Below, piece after piece: positions 42,531 through 57,500 of a DNA stretch of 64,000 bases. The DNA is taken from NCBI GenBank assembly GCA_048128005.1, contig JBEUKZ010000032.1, positions 124,001 through 188,000 of the forward strand, given 5' to 3'. The notes beneath the pieces were generated by a model. The model did not search any database, was not told the origin of the DNA, and saw only the letters and a program-made list of their open reading frames with translations. Each line of letters opens with the position of its first letter. Position 1 is the stretch's first letter. Origin of the DNA: Veleropilina oligotropha. Taxonomy: Eukaryota. The translations under genes were made by a program, and so were the position numbers.

Positions 42531-45500
42531 ATGGCATCAGCACTGGAAAGCTACGTGAACAGTATCCTTTTTGTTAAGATATTTATTTTAATGATTGTCT
42601 GTCTTGCCAAGGGAAGTAATAATAGAATGACAACATTGGTTAAAAGATTTGTTATTCAATATTGGTTCCAAATTATGCCATCATGAAAAACTGTAGCTGA
42701 AGGTGAAAAAACGTAGATGACGTTTCTTTTAAACACACGATTACGAGCTTGTTTACATTTTTTAACTGTGATAACTTGATTAGCTCCGCTGTGACTACTC
42801 CTATAACATATATATGAGACCGGTGTTGCGAACTACAGGGGCGTCGCGACCGGGGGGGTAAAGTTTGGAAGCAAGTGCCCTTGCATAAGCTTAATGTTAA
42901 CGTCATTACACTATACGGACTTCATCTAAGACAAAATTAGCAACATACCATAAATATGTTAAAGTATTTTGTTCTTAAATACCAGGAAAATGCATCTGAG
43001 GCACTTAAATTCTCAAATTTTCCTGGGGGAGGTCCTCCATACAAAGGGCTTCGCGCCTTCGGCGCTCTTATTACTGGCTCAGGCAATATGCATACTAGTA
43101 CTTGCCAACCCTACCGACGCACGCGGTAGGTTACCGATTTTATAAGACTACTACCGACTACCGTTTTAAATAGATACGCATACCGATTCGAGATTTTAAT
43201 AGCGAGCACGCAGTTCATGCGAACGGCAATGTTTGCCTATACGGTAGTACACGGGAAAGATTATTTGCCATGATCGAACACAGGGGCATGTAACGCTGTT
43301 TATCGTTCGTCTGTTTCCGTTTGACGATTAGCGCAGTTCATTGTTACTATATAATATAGACTATATTATATAGTTAGTGAGTAACAATGAACTGCGCTAA
43401 TCGTCAAACGGAAACAGACGAACGATAAACAGCGTTACATGCCCCTGTGTGATCGAATACGCGACCTGACATCAGTAATATAAAGTCCGCGAACACGGTA
43501 GCGCGTTATGGCTATGTCACGCATAATGAAATTGTCAGGAGGGTTTGCTGGTCAATATTTGCCATGGTCGATTTCGCGAATAATTATTGCTTGCAAAGTT
43601 GGCCCCATCTATTTCGTTCATTAGTTCTGTAAGCGTAGTCAATAAAGACATTTCTTTGCGAGATTTCCGGATATGTATAAACTAGGCCTATATGCAACAT
43701 ACATGTATTAGATAATCGTACCGAATGTTCAATCAATATAATTAATGATTTGTGACATTGATTAGACAATTACTGCAGTTGAACCCATATGTGGGTGAGT
43801 ACTAATATTATCGAATATTTATTTTAACATGTTTTTAATAATTTCTGCTCTCCAAACATGAAATTTTGAGGCAAAAAAAATGTCAATTTTTGTCCTAGAA
43901 TGCAAAAGAACGCTTCTCAGAGCTTCTAAATTAAAAAAATCTTGGGGGGGGCATGCCCCCAAACCCCCCTAGATATTCGCGGCCTATGGCCGCTCAATCT
44001 TCGGCCGCTCACGTGGCTACCTCTTTCTTGCCATAAAAGGTTGGAAAGTATGCAATATGAGGTGCCCTTGGTTAATGATACCCCCCTAACATCAAAATGG
44101 TTGCGATTTAAAAAAAAAAAATTACAAAAAAAATCAATATTAACCGAGTTGGCCATTTCGTGACCATTTCCTGGCAAAAATAGGGCGTTTTCCTTAATTA
44201 GGTCATTTACTGCAATGTAGGTCAACTGAGGTCAAAGGTCAAGGTCACATGTGAAAGATGAACCATGACTTCCCATAGGCTCCCCATAGTAACTATGTGT
44301 CTGCGGTGCATCCTTTTTGATATATTGCCACTTGAAACAAATGCTTTAATGGCCGGCGAGGCACTTCCTGTTTTTCGATTTTATCACGTAAATTTGATAA
44401 ATGTCGACTGCAGACAACAATAGTAGTTCTCTTGAACCACTATGGGCACACATGTATGCATTTTTCCTTAATTAGGTCATTTCCTGCAATGTAGGTCACC
44501 TGAGGTCAAAGGTCAAGGTCATTTTCGAAAGCCCAACCATGACTTCCCATAGGCTCCCCATAGTAACCCAGTGTTTGTAACTCGTCGGGTTTTCCGACAG
44601 AAATCGGATTCTGTCAATTTTATCGGATATCGTCGGATTTGCGTGATTTTGCGTGTTCTGCGTCGGGATTTGATACATTTCCCACTAACTTTAAAATTAT
44701 TACAATTAAAATACAAATACTAGTATGTAAATAGTAAGTACATTCTATATGTCAAATATTACGATAATTGTGTTCCTGATATTTAATCAAACTTGATTTT
44801 CTGACATCGTACTTGTAAGGGCTTCTGCCGTACAATTTCCCGATGCTTTTTGGTTACATTGTCCGTCTTTTCCCGATGAATCTTTGTCAGCTCGTTTACT
44901 TCCGTAATCAATTCATTACCATTGAAACAATGCTCGGGGTAGATTGATTTTGTGGTTACCTCCCCTGACAGCACGCTATTTTAAGTTGGAGTGAAAGTTC
45001 GGCAATGTAACATCAACTTATTCCGTCATCGAAAACTTTATTTAAAATTATGAAGCATCGTCTTTCACATGAAATAAAATAATGTACAATCATAAGTCAA
45101 AATAGAAAAAAATAATTTATTTAACACACTCTCGCGTGATAGGGCCATGTGTGAATTTGAAAGCTGAAGCCAATCAAAAATTGTCGTAAGATTCTATTAC
45201 GTCTACGACTACATCAACGATTTTTTGTGAAACTAGTCCCAGCGCTGATTTATTGAACTTCGAAGACGGTCGACCCAAATGGTGGTTTGTATCGTGATTG
45301 GATTGTGAAAAAGACTCATTTAACGTAACTTGTGTGTTTTGTATATCAAATATATATGCATTAAAGAGGGTCAAAAGGCACTTTACAATAAAAGTTTGAT
45401 GTGTGGTGTCGCAATAATGGTACAAACATACCGTTTGCATCAATACCGAGTTGAGCATTGGTTGCAGAAGTTGTGAGCATTACATGTATTACTACGTTTT

Positions 45501-48500
45501 AGTAAGAAAACATTTAATTGAAAAACTTTAATGTGCATGTGCTAACCTTGTAAAATATATAAAATTTTATATTAAGTATTTGAGTGAAATCTTGAATGTG
45601 CATGTGCTAACCTTGTAAAATATATAAAATTTTATATTAAGTATTTGAGTGAAATATGCCTGAAGTGCCAGGAAACACCATTTTATAAGGTATATTTGTC
45701 AAAATTTCCTTCACCACGGGGAACCATGGGCCCCGCGGTGAAAAGTAGGATATTTATCTTGTCAATGTTACAAACACTGGTAACCATGGGTCTACGTTGC
45801 ATCATTTCCAAGATATAGCCATTTTAAATTGATTTCAGTATGGCCGCCGGTTAAATTAAAAATTCAAAAATCCACTCCCATGACATTTTTGACAAGCGAC
45901 TCTGGCATCCGAATATACTAATCATGTCCCGCTAGGTTAAATATTAACAAAGTTATAAAAGAAGCTAGTTTATGACGTAATTCAAGATGGCCGCCAGACT
46001 ACTAGCGCCATGAAACTTGAAAATAGAACGAGGCAATGCTTCAATGATGTGCCCAAGCACACATGAATTTTGAAAGCTGTAGCTATAGCCGTTTTCGCGC
46101 TAAAGTGCCCACAAAAAACGTCAGAATAAGAGACGTAATTCAAGATGGCCGCCAGACTACTAGCGCCATGAAACTTGAAAATAGAACGAGGCAATGCTTC
46201 AATGATGTGCCCAAAGCACACATGAATTTTGAAAGCTGTAGCTATAGCCGTTTTCGCGCTAAAGTGCCCACAAAAAAACGTCAGAATAAGAATAATAACC
46301 GGTACAATTTCAATAGGGCTTCAAGCTTGAAAGAGCTTGAAGCCCTAATAAAATGTATGTCAACATCTGATGATAGTATTATGGAATATATCGTGCTTGA
46401 CAAACAATGATATCCGTAATCAATGTAAAAGCCAAGCTTTTTATCGCAGGGGCACATGACGGGAGACTGTTTGCAATTATTGGGAAAACAGTCCACTGTG
46501 TGACTGTCTGCATATGGTGTGGCGAATATAAATTCCTTTTCAAGCCTCTTTGTGCTGCTGTTCCCTGATCTAGTAAGCTATGTAGCCTACTCCTTTGAAG
46601 CTGTTGCTGCAAAGCAATTAACAGCGATCATAAATGATCCGTGACTGCTGCTCTGGTCTGGGAGGCTGTTGTAAATTACTTTAAAGGGGATCAATTGCAT
46701 GAACTGCAAAATGGATATTTCTAAAAAAACGTAGAACCGACAATTGTAACCATTTTGTAAGCATACTAATATTTAAATCTTAATATGATTACATTACATT
46801 TCAAATTTGAAGATTATACCACCAATAGCGGTCGCGCTATTCTCGTTTTTAATTAAATTTTTAAAATAGCTGTAATTAGTAAATGAAAAAAGTTAACGAT
46901 ATTATACATATACATTACGTTAGATAACTTTAATGCGAATATTATGACTTGAATTTTGCATCACATACTTCAAATTTAAAGGAGCTACACCTAAGTATGC
47001 CAATTGAAATTCTAAATTTCAAATGTCCGTAGATCATACTGTGTTTTTCCTACCAACAATTCTTCACAAAAACAATGGTAAGGTTTGAATAAAGACAATA
47101 CTGTATCTGCAAAGTTTCATTCCGATCCGCCAAACTATTAAAGAGAAAACGGAGTTTAAAGATTTTTCAAAATATGCAGATAGTGACCTAAACACACCGG
47201 ATAGCAACTATTTTTTTGCTGCAAACGTAAGATATCATATGCATCTTACCCAGCAGCAAAGTTTGAAATGCATAGTTATAGCAGATTAAGATTAACAGGT
47301 ATGTCAATTTCTATATTTGCGTTATGAAAAATTAACCGAAATGACTTCATTTTGTGAAGATGGCGGCTGACATACTAAACCAATCCACACCAAATTTGCA
47401 CAACAGCTAGAGAATAAGCCTTAATAATGATATTGTGAATCGCATTGCCCTATCGTAAATGCATTAAGAGATATTAAACTTTGATTTAGATCCAAAATGG
47501 CCGCTGTTCTAATTAGCCAATCAAAATACACTTAAGTTTACAACAAAAGTATGATCCATAGTACATGTATATCAAATATCATTGTTGTAGCTTTTATATT
47601 TTTTAAGTTATATATTGCCATTTAAAAATTCAAAATGGCTGATAATTTTACTGGAGTCTCAAAATGGGGCTCTTTGTTTGATTAGGGTGAAACCATCTTT
47701 TAACACATTTTAGGTGCTTGATTGAGGAAACCTTGTGCAAATTTAAAAAAAAATGTATCTCGCCGTTTTTTAGAAATTTAAAGTAACCCAAAATCCAATA
47801 TGGCGGCTCAGCTGCCCTAATTAAAAAAGTTATGGCGTGACTTCACTTGATGCAATGTTATGTCACATAGAAACTAAATGTAGAAGCCCATTGTTCTTGT
47901 TATAAGATTTTTAGAGTTGTTACTGAAATAATTATTTTTTATGGCCTCACAAAAAACAAAATGACGGCAAGGCTGTTGGCGCCATCTACCTAAGTAAAAA
48001 AGCATTCAAGTTCAATATCTTGCCTACAAATATTACAATTTTGAAGTTAGTGACTTTAGCCGTTTTGGAGTTATCTGCGACACAAAATCGCCTGGAATAA
48101 TAATAATAATTAAAGCTGCGATCAGATAAACGAAATAAAAAAAAGACGTAAAATACCAAAAAATAAAAAAGTTTAATTTAAGAAAAAAATAATAATTACA
48201 AAAAAAATCAATATTAACCGAGTTGGCCATTTCGTGACCATTTTCTGGCAAAAATAGGGCGTTTCCCTTAATTAGGTCATTTACTGCAATGTAGGTCAAC
48301 TGAGGTCAAAGGTCAAGGTCACATGTGAAAGATGAACCATGACTTCCCATAGGCTCCCCATAGTAACTATGTGTCTGCGGTGCATCCTTTTTGATATATT
48401 GCCACTTGAAACAAATGCTTTAATGGCCGGCGAGGCACTTCCTGTTTTTCGATTTTATCACGTAAATTTGATAAATGTCGACTACAGACATCAATAGTAG

Positions 48501-51500
48501 TTCTCTTGAACCACTATGGGCACACATGTATGCATTTTTCCTTAATTAGGTCATTTCCTGCAATGTAGGTCACCTGAGGTCAAAGGTCAAGGTCATTTTC
48601 GAAAGCCCACCCATGACTTCCCATAGGCTCCCCATAGTAACCATGGGTCTACGTTGCATCATTTCCAAGATATAGCCATTTTAAATTTTATTTAAATTTT
48701 TAAAAGAAAATTGAAAGTTTTTCGAATTTTTTTATTATTTCCATTCAAAATATCTAAGCTCTAGCATCAATATTAACCGAGTTGGCCATTTCGTGACCAT
48801 TTCCTGGCAAAAATAGGGCGTTCTCCTTAATTAGGTCATTTACTGCAATGTAGGTCAACTGAGGTCAAAGGTCAAGGTCACATGTGAAAGATGAACCATG
48901 ACTTCCCATAGGCTCCCCATAGTAACTATGTGTCTGCGGTGCATCCTTTTTGATATATTGCCACTTGAAACAAATGCTTTAATGGCCGGCGAGGCACTTC
49001 CTGTTTTTCGATTTTATCACGTAAATTTGATAAATGTCGACTACAGACATCAATAGTAGTTCTCTTGAACCACTATGGGCACACATGTATGCATTTTTCC
49101 TTAATTATGTCATTTCCTGCAATGTAGGTCACCTGAGGTCAAAGGTCAAGGTCATTTTCGAAAGCCCACCCATGACTTCCCATAGGCTCCCCATAGTAAC
49201 CATGGGTCTACGTTGCATCATTTCCAAGATATAGCCATTTTAAATTGATTTCAGTATGGCCGCCGGTTAAATTAAAAATTCAAAAATCCGCTCTCATGAC
49301 ATTTTTGACAAGCGACTCTGGCATCCGAATATACTAATCATGTCCCGCTAGGTTAAATATTAACAAAGTTATAAAAGAAGCTAGTTTATGACGTAATTCA
49401 AGATGGCCGCCAGACTACTAGCGCCATGAAACTTGAAAATAGAACGAGGCAATGCTTCAATGGTGTGCCCAAGCACACATGAATTTTGAAAGCTGTAGCT
49501 AGAGCCGTTTTCGCGCTAAAGTGCCCACAAAAAACGTCAGAATAAGAGACGTAATTCAAGATGGCCGCCAGACTACTAGCGCCATGAAACTTGAAAATAG
49601 AACGAGGCAATGCTTCAATGATGTGCCAAAGCACACATGAATTTTGAAAGCTGTAGCTATAGCCGTTTTCGCGCTAAAGTGCCCACAAAAAAACGTCAGA
49701 ATAAGAATAATTAAAGCTGCGAGCAGCTGTGAGGGCTTCAATCAGATAAACGAAATAAAAAAAAGACGTAAAATACAAAAAAATAAGTTTAATTTAAAAA
49801 AAAAAAATTACCAAAAAAATCAATATTAACCGAGTTGGCCATTTCGTGACCATTTTCTGGCAAAAATAGGGCGTTTCCCTTAATTAGGTCATTTACTGCA
49901 ATGTAGGTCAACTGAGGTCAAAGGTCAAGGTCACATGTGAAAGATGAACCATGACTTCCCATAGGCTCCCCATAGTAACTATGTGTCTGCGGTGCATCCT
50001 TTTTGATATATTGCCACTTGAAACAAATGCTTTAATGGCCGGCGAGGCACTTCCTGTTTTTCGATTTTATCACGTAAATTTGATAAATGTCGACTACAGA
50101 CATCAATAGTAGTTCTCTTGAACCACTATGGGCACACATGTATGCATTTTTCCTTAATTATGTCATTTCCTGCAATGTAGGTCACCTGAGGTCAAAGGTC
50201 AAGGTCATTTTCGAAAGCCCACCCATGACTTCCCATAGGCTCCCCATAGTAACCATGGGTCTACGTTGCATCATTTCCAAGATATAGCCATTTTAAATTG
50301 ATTTCAGTATGGCCGCCGGTTAAATTAAAAATTCAAAAATCCGCTCTCATGACATTTTTGACAAGCGACTCTGGCATCCGAATATACTAATCATGTCCCG
50401 CTAGGTTAAATATTAACAAAGTTATAAAAGAAGCTAGTTTATGACGTAATTCAAGATGGCCGCCAGACTACTAGCGCCATGAAACTTGAAAATAGAACGA
50501 GGCAATGCTTCAATGGTGTGCCCAAGCACACATGAATTTTGAAAGCTGTAGCTATAGCCGTTTTCGCGCTAAAGTGCCCACAAAAAACGTCAGAATAAGA
50601 GACGTAATTCAAGATGGCCGCCAGACTACTAGCGCCATGAAACTTGAAAATAGAACGAGGCAATGCTTCAATGATGTGCCCAAGCACACATGAATTTTGA
50701 AAGCTGTAGCTATAGCCGTTTTCGCGCTAAAGTGCCCACAAAAAACGTCAGAATAAGAATAATTAAAGCTGCGAGCAGCTGTGAGGGCTTCAATCAGATA
50801 AACGAAATAAAAAAAAGACGTAAAATACAAAAAAATAAGTTTAATTTAAAAAAAAAAAAAAATTACAAAAAAAATCAATATTAACCGAGTTGGCCATTTC
50901 GTGACCATTTTCTGGCAAAAATAGGGCGTTTCCCTTAATTAGGTCATTTATTGCAATGTAGGTCAACTGAGGTCAAAGGTCAAGGTCACATGTGAAAGAT
51001 GAACCATGACTTCCCATAGGCTCCCCATAGTAACTATGTGTCTGCGGTGCATCCTTTTTTATATATTGCCACTTGAAACAAATGCTTTAATGGCCGGCGA
51101 GGCACTTCCTGTTTTTCGATTTTATCACGTAAATTTGATAAATGTCGACTACAGACATCAATAGTAGTTATCTTGAACCACTATGGGCACACATGTATGC
51201 ATTTTTCCTTAATTAGGTCATTTCCTGCAATGTAGGTCACCTGAGGTCAAAGGTCAAGGTCATTTTCGAAAGCCCACCCATGACTTCCCATAGGCTCCCC
51301 ATAGTAACCATGGGTCTACGTTGCATCATTTCCAAGATAGAGCCATTTTAAATTTTATTTAAATTTTTAAAAGAAAATTGAAAGTTTTTCGAATTTTTTT
51401 ATTATTTCCATTCAAAATATCTAAGCTCTAGCATCAATATTAACCGAGTTGGCCATTTCGTGACCATTTCCTGGCAAAAATAGGGCGTTTTCCTTAATTA

Positions 51501-54500
51501 GGTCATTTACTGCAATGTAGGTCAACTGAGGTCAAAGGTCAAGGTCACATGTGAAAGATGAACCATGACTTCCCATAGGCTCCCCATAGTAACTATGTGT
51601 CTGCGGTGCATCCTTTTTGATATATTGCCACTTGAAACAAATGCTTTAATGGCCGGCGAGGCACTTCCTGTTTTTCGATTTTATCACGCAAATTTGATAA
51701 ATGTCGACTACAGACATCAATAGTAGTTCTCTTGAACCACTATGGGCACACATGTATGCATTTTTCCTTAATTAGGTCATTTCCTGCAATGTAGGTCACC
51801 TGAGGTCAAAGGTCAAGGTCATTTTCGAAAGCTCACCCATGACTTCCCATAGGCTCCCCATAGTAACCATGGGTCTACGTTGCATCATTTCCAAGATATA
51901 GCCATTTTAAATTGATTTCAGTATGGCCGCCGGTTAAATTAAAAATTCAAAAATCCACTCTCATGACATTTTTGACAAGCGACTCTGGCATCCGAATATA
52001 CTAATCAGGTCCCGCTATGTTAAATATTAACAAAGTTATAAAAGAAGCTAGTTTATGACGTAATTCAAGATGGCCGCCAGACTACTAGCGCCATGAAACT
52101 TGAAAATAGAACGAGGCAATGCTTCAATGGTGTGCCCAAGCACACATGAATTTTGAAAGCTGTAGCTATAGCCGTTTTCGCGCTAAAGTGCCCACAAAAA
52201 ACGTCAGAATAAGAGACGTAATTCAAGATGGCCGCCAGACTACTAGCGCCATGAAACTTGAAAATAGAACGAGGCAATGCTTCAATGATGTGCCCAAGCA
52301 CACATGAATTTTGAAAGCTGTAGCTATAGCCGTTTTCGCGCTAAAGTGCCCACAAAAAAACGTCAGCATAAGAATTAAAGCTGCGAGCAGCTGTGAGGGC
52401 TTCAATCAGATAAACGAAATAAAAAAAGACAAAATACCAAAAAATAAAAAAGTTTAATTTAAAAAAAATTACAAAAAAATTACAAAAAAATACTAAATTT
52501 AAAAAAATATTTTTTATATTTTAAGATATACATATGGCCACTCTGAATCGAATGCCGCCAATCTTAGATTTCTACGCCGAAAGTGCTAGGTGGGGCCGGA
52601 AAATTTTGAAACCTAGATGCTATGAAATGCTGTTTCCGGCGTTATCAGGCTTCTAATTCATGTGACAATTAAGCAAAAAATTATGCAAAATAGATTGCAT
52701 TTTTGTTAATTTGAATTTAAATTAAATAATCAGTTGTCATAAATAATCAGTGTCCAGTGGTGAGGTACTCCATCGCTCAGACTGAGGTCGTGCATAATTA
52801 AGACCATTTTTTCTTTATTATTGATGTGGTAATTATTAAACGCAACGACCTGTACGGCATCTTAGGTAGCTTACATGCAGACTGTGTGATTAATTGTCAG
52901 TACAATAGATGTTCATGACGCACACACGAACGAGCGCCGAATGCGGCAGGGCGTACCTCCACGGAAAAGTTTTTAAATCTATAATCTCTGTAGCGTTATT
53001 GCCAATATTTTCAGGAATAAATTCATTATCCAAAATTTATAAATAGTCATCTTGCAAACGATTGTCATCAATGATCATAATGCATAATATTGTGTCAAGT
53101 AGATACAATTGTTATAGTGCATTAATTGTAAATGCCGCTTTACTCGTGGCACACGGGGCATGCTCGGCCAACTCGGAGCGCGCCCTGGGCATAACAAAAT
53201 TGTCCAGAGCTCAGCTCTAGCGCGTCGCTTTCCGTTTGCGTCCATAGTTCAGCTCTAGCGCGCCCCATGTTAGAAGTGTCCCTACCGGGTAATTCGTGGC
53301 GCACTTGGAGTACACTGTGTACACTTCTCGGTGAACATGGCCTGCACTCCGCGTACCCATAGATCGCCCCTAATGCACCCTGGATGGACTTGACAAAACT
53401 ATTCGTTCATAGCGGTGTATTTTACATGCGTTAATATGTTGGTAAAATATTGATAATCGATTATTCGCGAACACTTCGATAATTGACTTCATTCATTCGC
53501 TGTTATTTTCGATAAATGCAGGTTATATTAAAATGGGATAGGCCGCATAGACACCTGTCGCACATAATATGTTGCCCACAAAATCTGCCACAGCGGACAT
53601 CGCTGACTGGATCGTATGCGGCGACAGTCTTGAGTGCCTGTTTGAAATTGTTGATTTGATTGAAATACATGTGTCGATATCGGCTTGTGTCGCCATGGTG
53701 TAAATAACAAAATTGGTATCTGCTTTACACAGGCTAGCATAAATTTCCTCAATCACGGGATAATTCGCTACTATTTGTATTATATAATGTTATAACTCCT
53801 TCTATTGATATGTGAATGGCTATTATATATTCATTTAGCTTTTTAGTGTGTGTTGCTGTTTATAAAGAAAAATAAATTAGTCGATTACATGTTCTAATCA
53901 AACAATAATAGCGTAATGCTTGCGACTCATAAGCATAATTAAGACCATTTCACTTCATTATTGATCGGTAATTATTAAACGCAATGACGTTGCACGGCAT
54001 CTTAGGTAGCTTACATGCAGACTGTGTGACGCACACACGAACGAGCGCCGAATGCGCGAGTGCGCCAGGGCGTACCTCCACGGAAAAGTTTTTAAATCTA
54101 TTATCTTGTGCATTAACCTATGATGGAAATTAAGAAGTATCTATAATAATGAATGCGCAACTGGACTGACCAACAGAATATCAATGTTTTCACCATATAT
54201 TAACAGTTACTGAATCATGTAGCCTTCTGTTGGCTAAATGTTTACTTAAGCCTGATAGCAGAACTTCTCAAGGGCCTTGCTGTCCACTGGACAGGGTTGG
54301 CGCGCGGCTTTATGACACCTCAAAGAGACAGGCTCATAAACTGCCTACTTCATCTGATAAGGCAATTAGCACTGAGCTGGTCGCGCCGAAATGAGACGAG
54401 GAATTAAAATAGTATTTTTTAAACAATGAAAGTACTTATTGTATTCTTGTCACAATTCTCTAATATAACGATCTTTATATAGTATATTTTATGCGAAAAT

Positions 54501-57500
54501 CTGGAAGAAAAAGGACGATTTTTAGAGGCGCTATGAAGCAATATTCATCTAAAAAAACTAAGTCTAATAACTCTCAAGCAACTTATTTTAGCGATGTATT
54601 CTATAGATATTACATTAGATATTTTCGATACGAATAAAATGAATTGCGTCACGTTTCATATAAATGAAAATTAAAGAAGTTACAGTCAATTTAATATTAA
54701 ATTTAATGTCTTCATAACTCCTTTTTAATTTGTCTCACAAAGTATTCCATTAGAACAACATATACCGATATAATGCTTTGTCAAAACTACCAAGTGTCGA
54801 TAAGATCACGCTACTCAGTTCTGAGAAAAGCGCATTTTAATGTTTTCAAAAAATCAAAGATTGCGACGAAACCATGGCATTTATTGGCTAAAATTTTGCG
54901 GCAAACATTACTTGATATCGATGCGCACTCACCCTGGAAGATTGGAAAGATTTCGTGGAGTGCATTGAAAGATACTGCAGAAATGAAAAATTGAAAAAAC
55001 TTCAAAATTTTGTCAAGATTAGGACGCCCGTAGCGATCTTAGCATTGAAAAAATGAAAATTTCATTTCCAAGAGATTGTTGTCTCAATAGTCTAGATCAT
55101 GCCTTTGAAGATTTTGTCTCGATCTCGAAAGCCGTGTAAGACTTATATCGTTTTTGAAAAGAGGTCATTTTTAATTTTGTCAAGATTAGGACGCCCGTAG
55201 CGATCTTAGCATTGAAAAAATGAAAATTTCATTTCCAGGAGATTGTTGTCTCAATAGTCTAGATCATGCCTTTGAAGATTTTGTCTCGATCTCGAAAGCC
55301 GTGTAAGACTTATATCGTTTTTGAAAAGAGGTCATATTTTTTTACAAAATTGAAGATTACGACCAAAGCATAAAATCCCGAAACTTGAAAATAGAACGAG
55401 GCAATGCTTCAATGATGTGCCCAAGCACACATGAATTTTGAAAGCTGTAGCTATAGCCGTTTTCGCGCTAAAGTGCCCACAAAAAAACGTCAGAATAAGA
55501 ATAATAACCGGTACAATTTCAATAGGGCTTCAAGCTTGAAAGAGCTTGAAGCCCTAATAATAACCGGTACAATTTCAATAGGGCTTCAAGCTTGAAAGAG
55601 CTTGAAGCCCTAATAATAAAATTCTCAGCAATTTTAATAGGCCTCCAACCGGTTACGGTTGGAACCCTAATAAAAATCTCAGCCATTTCAATAGGTCTCC
55701 TACTGGTTAAGGTTGGAGCCCTAATAAAAATCTCAGTGATTTCAATAGGGCTCCAACTGGTTAAGGTTGGAGCCCTAATGACTTAGTTCTTCGGACCAGT
55801 TTTTGTGTGCGAGTAACTCCATTCTGATATAACATCCATCTGCCTTCATGGATTGACTTGATACTTCAAACACTTGCTTATCATCATTCATACTTCGCTT
55901 CCATGACCCATCCAGTCGCCCCTATGCCCAAGGTCAAGGTCAAATGACTTAGCTCTTCGGACCAGTATATGCGTGCGAGTAACCCCATTCTGCTATAACT
56001 TCCATCTGCCTTCATGGATTGACTTGATACTTTATACACTTGCTTATCATCATTCGTACTTCCTATTGGATGCTTCCAATAGAATTCAATAAACTCAATC
56101 TGCTTCGTTTGCAATGTCGAACCCTCATTTATTTGCGTAGTTATTATACAGCATCTTGAGTATGGGTAAACAAAGTGTTGATGTACGTGACAATGATTGA
56201 CTGCAATCAAAATAAATAAACTTTATAAATATAATGAAATATAACGAAATATCTCGCGCTTTCTAATACGTATAGATAAACAATGTAATAGACTATCAAT
56301 AAGTCTCTAATTACACAATACGATTAAAATCGGACATAAGAAATCGACATCGAATATCGGATGTCAAGAAATGAACATCGAATATCGGAAATGAACATCG
56401 AACATTGTCAAAGCATTAAATACTTGATAATAAAGGCAATATCCAATTGATCATATATGTAACATCACAATGATTATACGTTGATATAAAAGTAGCATAT
56501 ACACACCGTTTTATGCGACTTCTTGTAGTGTTATTTAAGCATTTCATCTTATTTATTTACAACACGGTCTGTCTAATCACAAAACATTCGCCTACAAAGG
56601 TTACTTCCGTTTCACATTACGTAATAGGTCAGGTTAAAACAACGACATTGAATAATGGATGTATTCGCTCGGTAATTTCAAACAATTATATACACATTAT
56701 AAACAAAACAAATTTGAAATTACAAAATATTATAATTAAGCAGAAGTTGACCGTAACACTTCCCTTCTGCGACTCGCCCATGCCATTAATTGTCTGTAAA
56801 TAAATCCACAAAACGATCTTTGCTGCCCCTATGGTCAAGGCTGCCAGTGGGGGCATTCGTGTCCGATGGACACATTTCTAATTATTACTAACATTGCGCA
56901 CCACCCCATGTGCCCGAGTCTTCAGCAAAATGAAGATGTCAATGAGTTTTCATGTTTAACATTACATCAACTTAAACATCCACTTCTCGTCGTAGTCACA
57001 TTACAACCAGATTAGAATTAGGTGAATCAACACTCAAGCCAATAATGGTAATGGACATTTATATTGCGCCGTATCCGCCTAGGTCGCATGCTCACAGCAC
57101 TATCACATAATTACCCCTGGGTGTTTTTTTTGTATATCTACTTCCAATGAACATGTCTTAGTTTGGAAAGTCCAAAATGACAGTCACACCATCATGTATA
57201 ACACACAACATCGACCTCCACTGATTTGTTTATCTACATCCAGAGTGTGTCCAATAAACTGTCAAGAATTTATGAAACTATGAATTGTTCAACATTAAAA
57301 ATCTGCAATAGAGATACGAACAAAGTAAGATGCGCCCTCAAGACTGTATGCCAGATTGGTTATTCAATGAGTTTACCAAATACAGAAAGCAAATGCACTT
57401 TGGCAACCTGCTTCAAAGAACCACAGATGTTGACGATCCTGGCCAACCAACCAGCCACTCAATGTTGCTCTGTAACACAATCATCTTCACCCACCCACAG

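Noticed and set aside
46681..47200. TTAAAGG starts suggesting Kolobok-like elements
   Set aside because: Matching right ends and TSDs could not be located.
45982..52405. Recurrent 60-115 aa ORFs (MSTTDINSS.., HIIEALPRS..)
   Set aside because: They recur only because the DNA is tandemly repeated; no domain signal.
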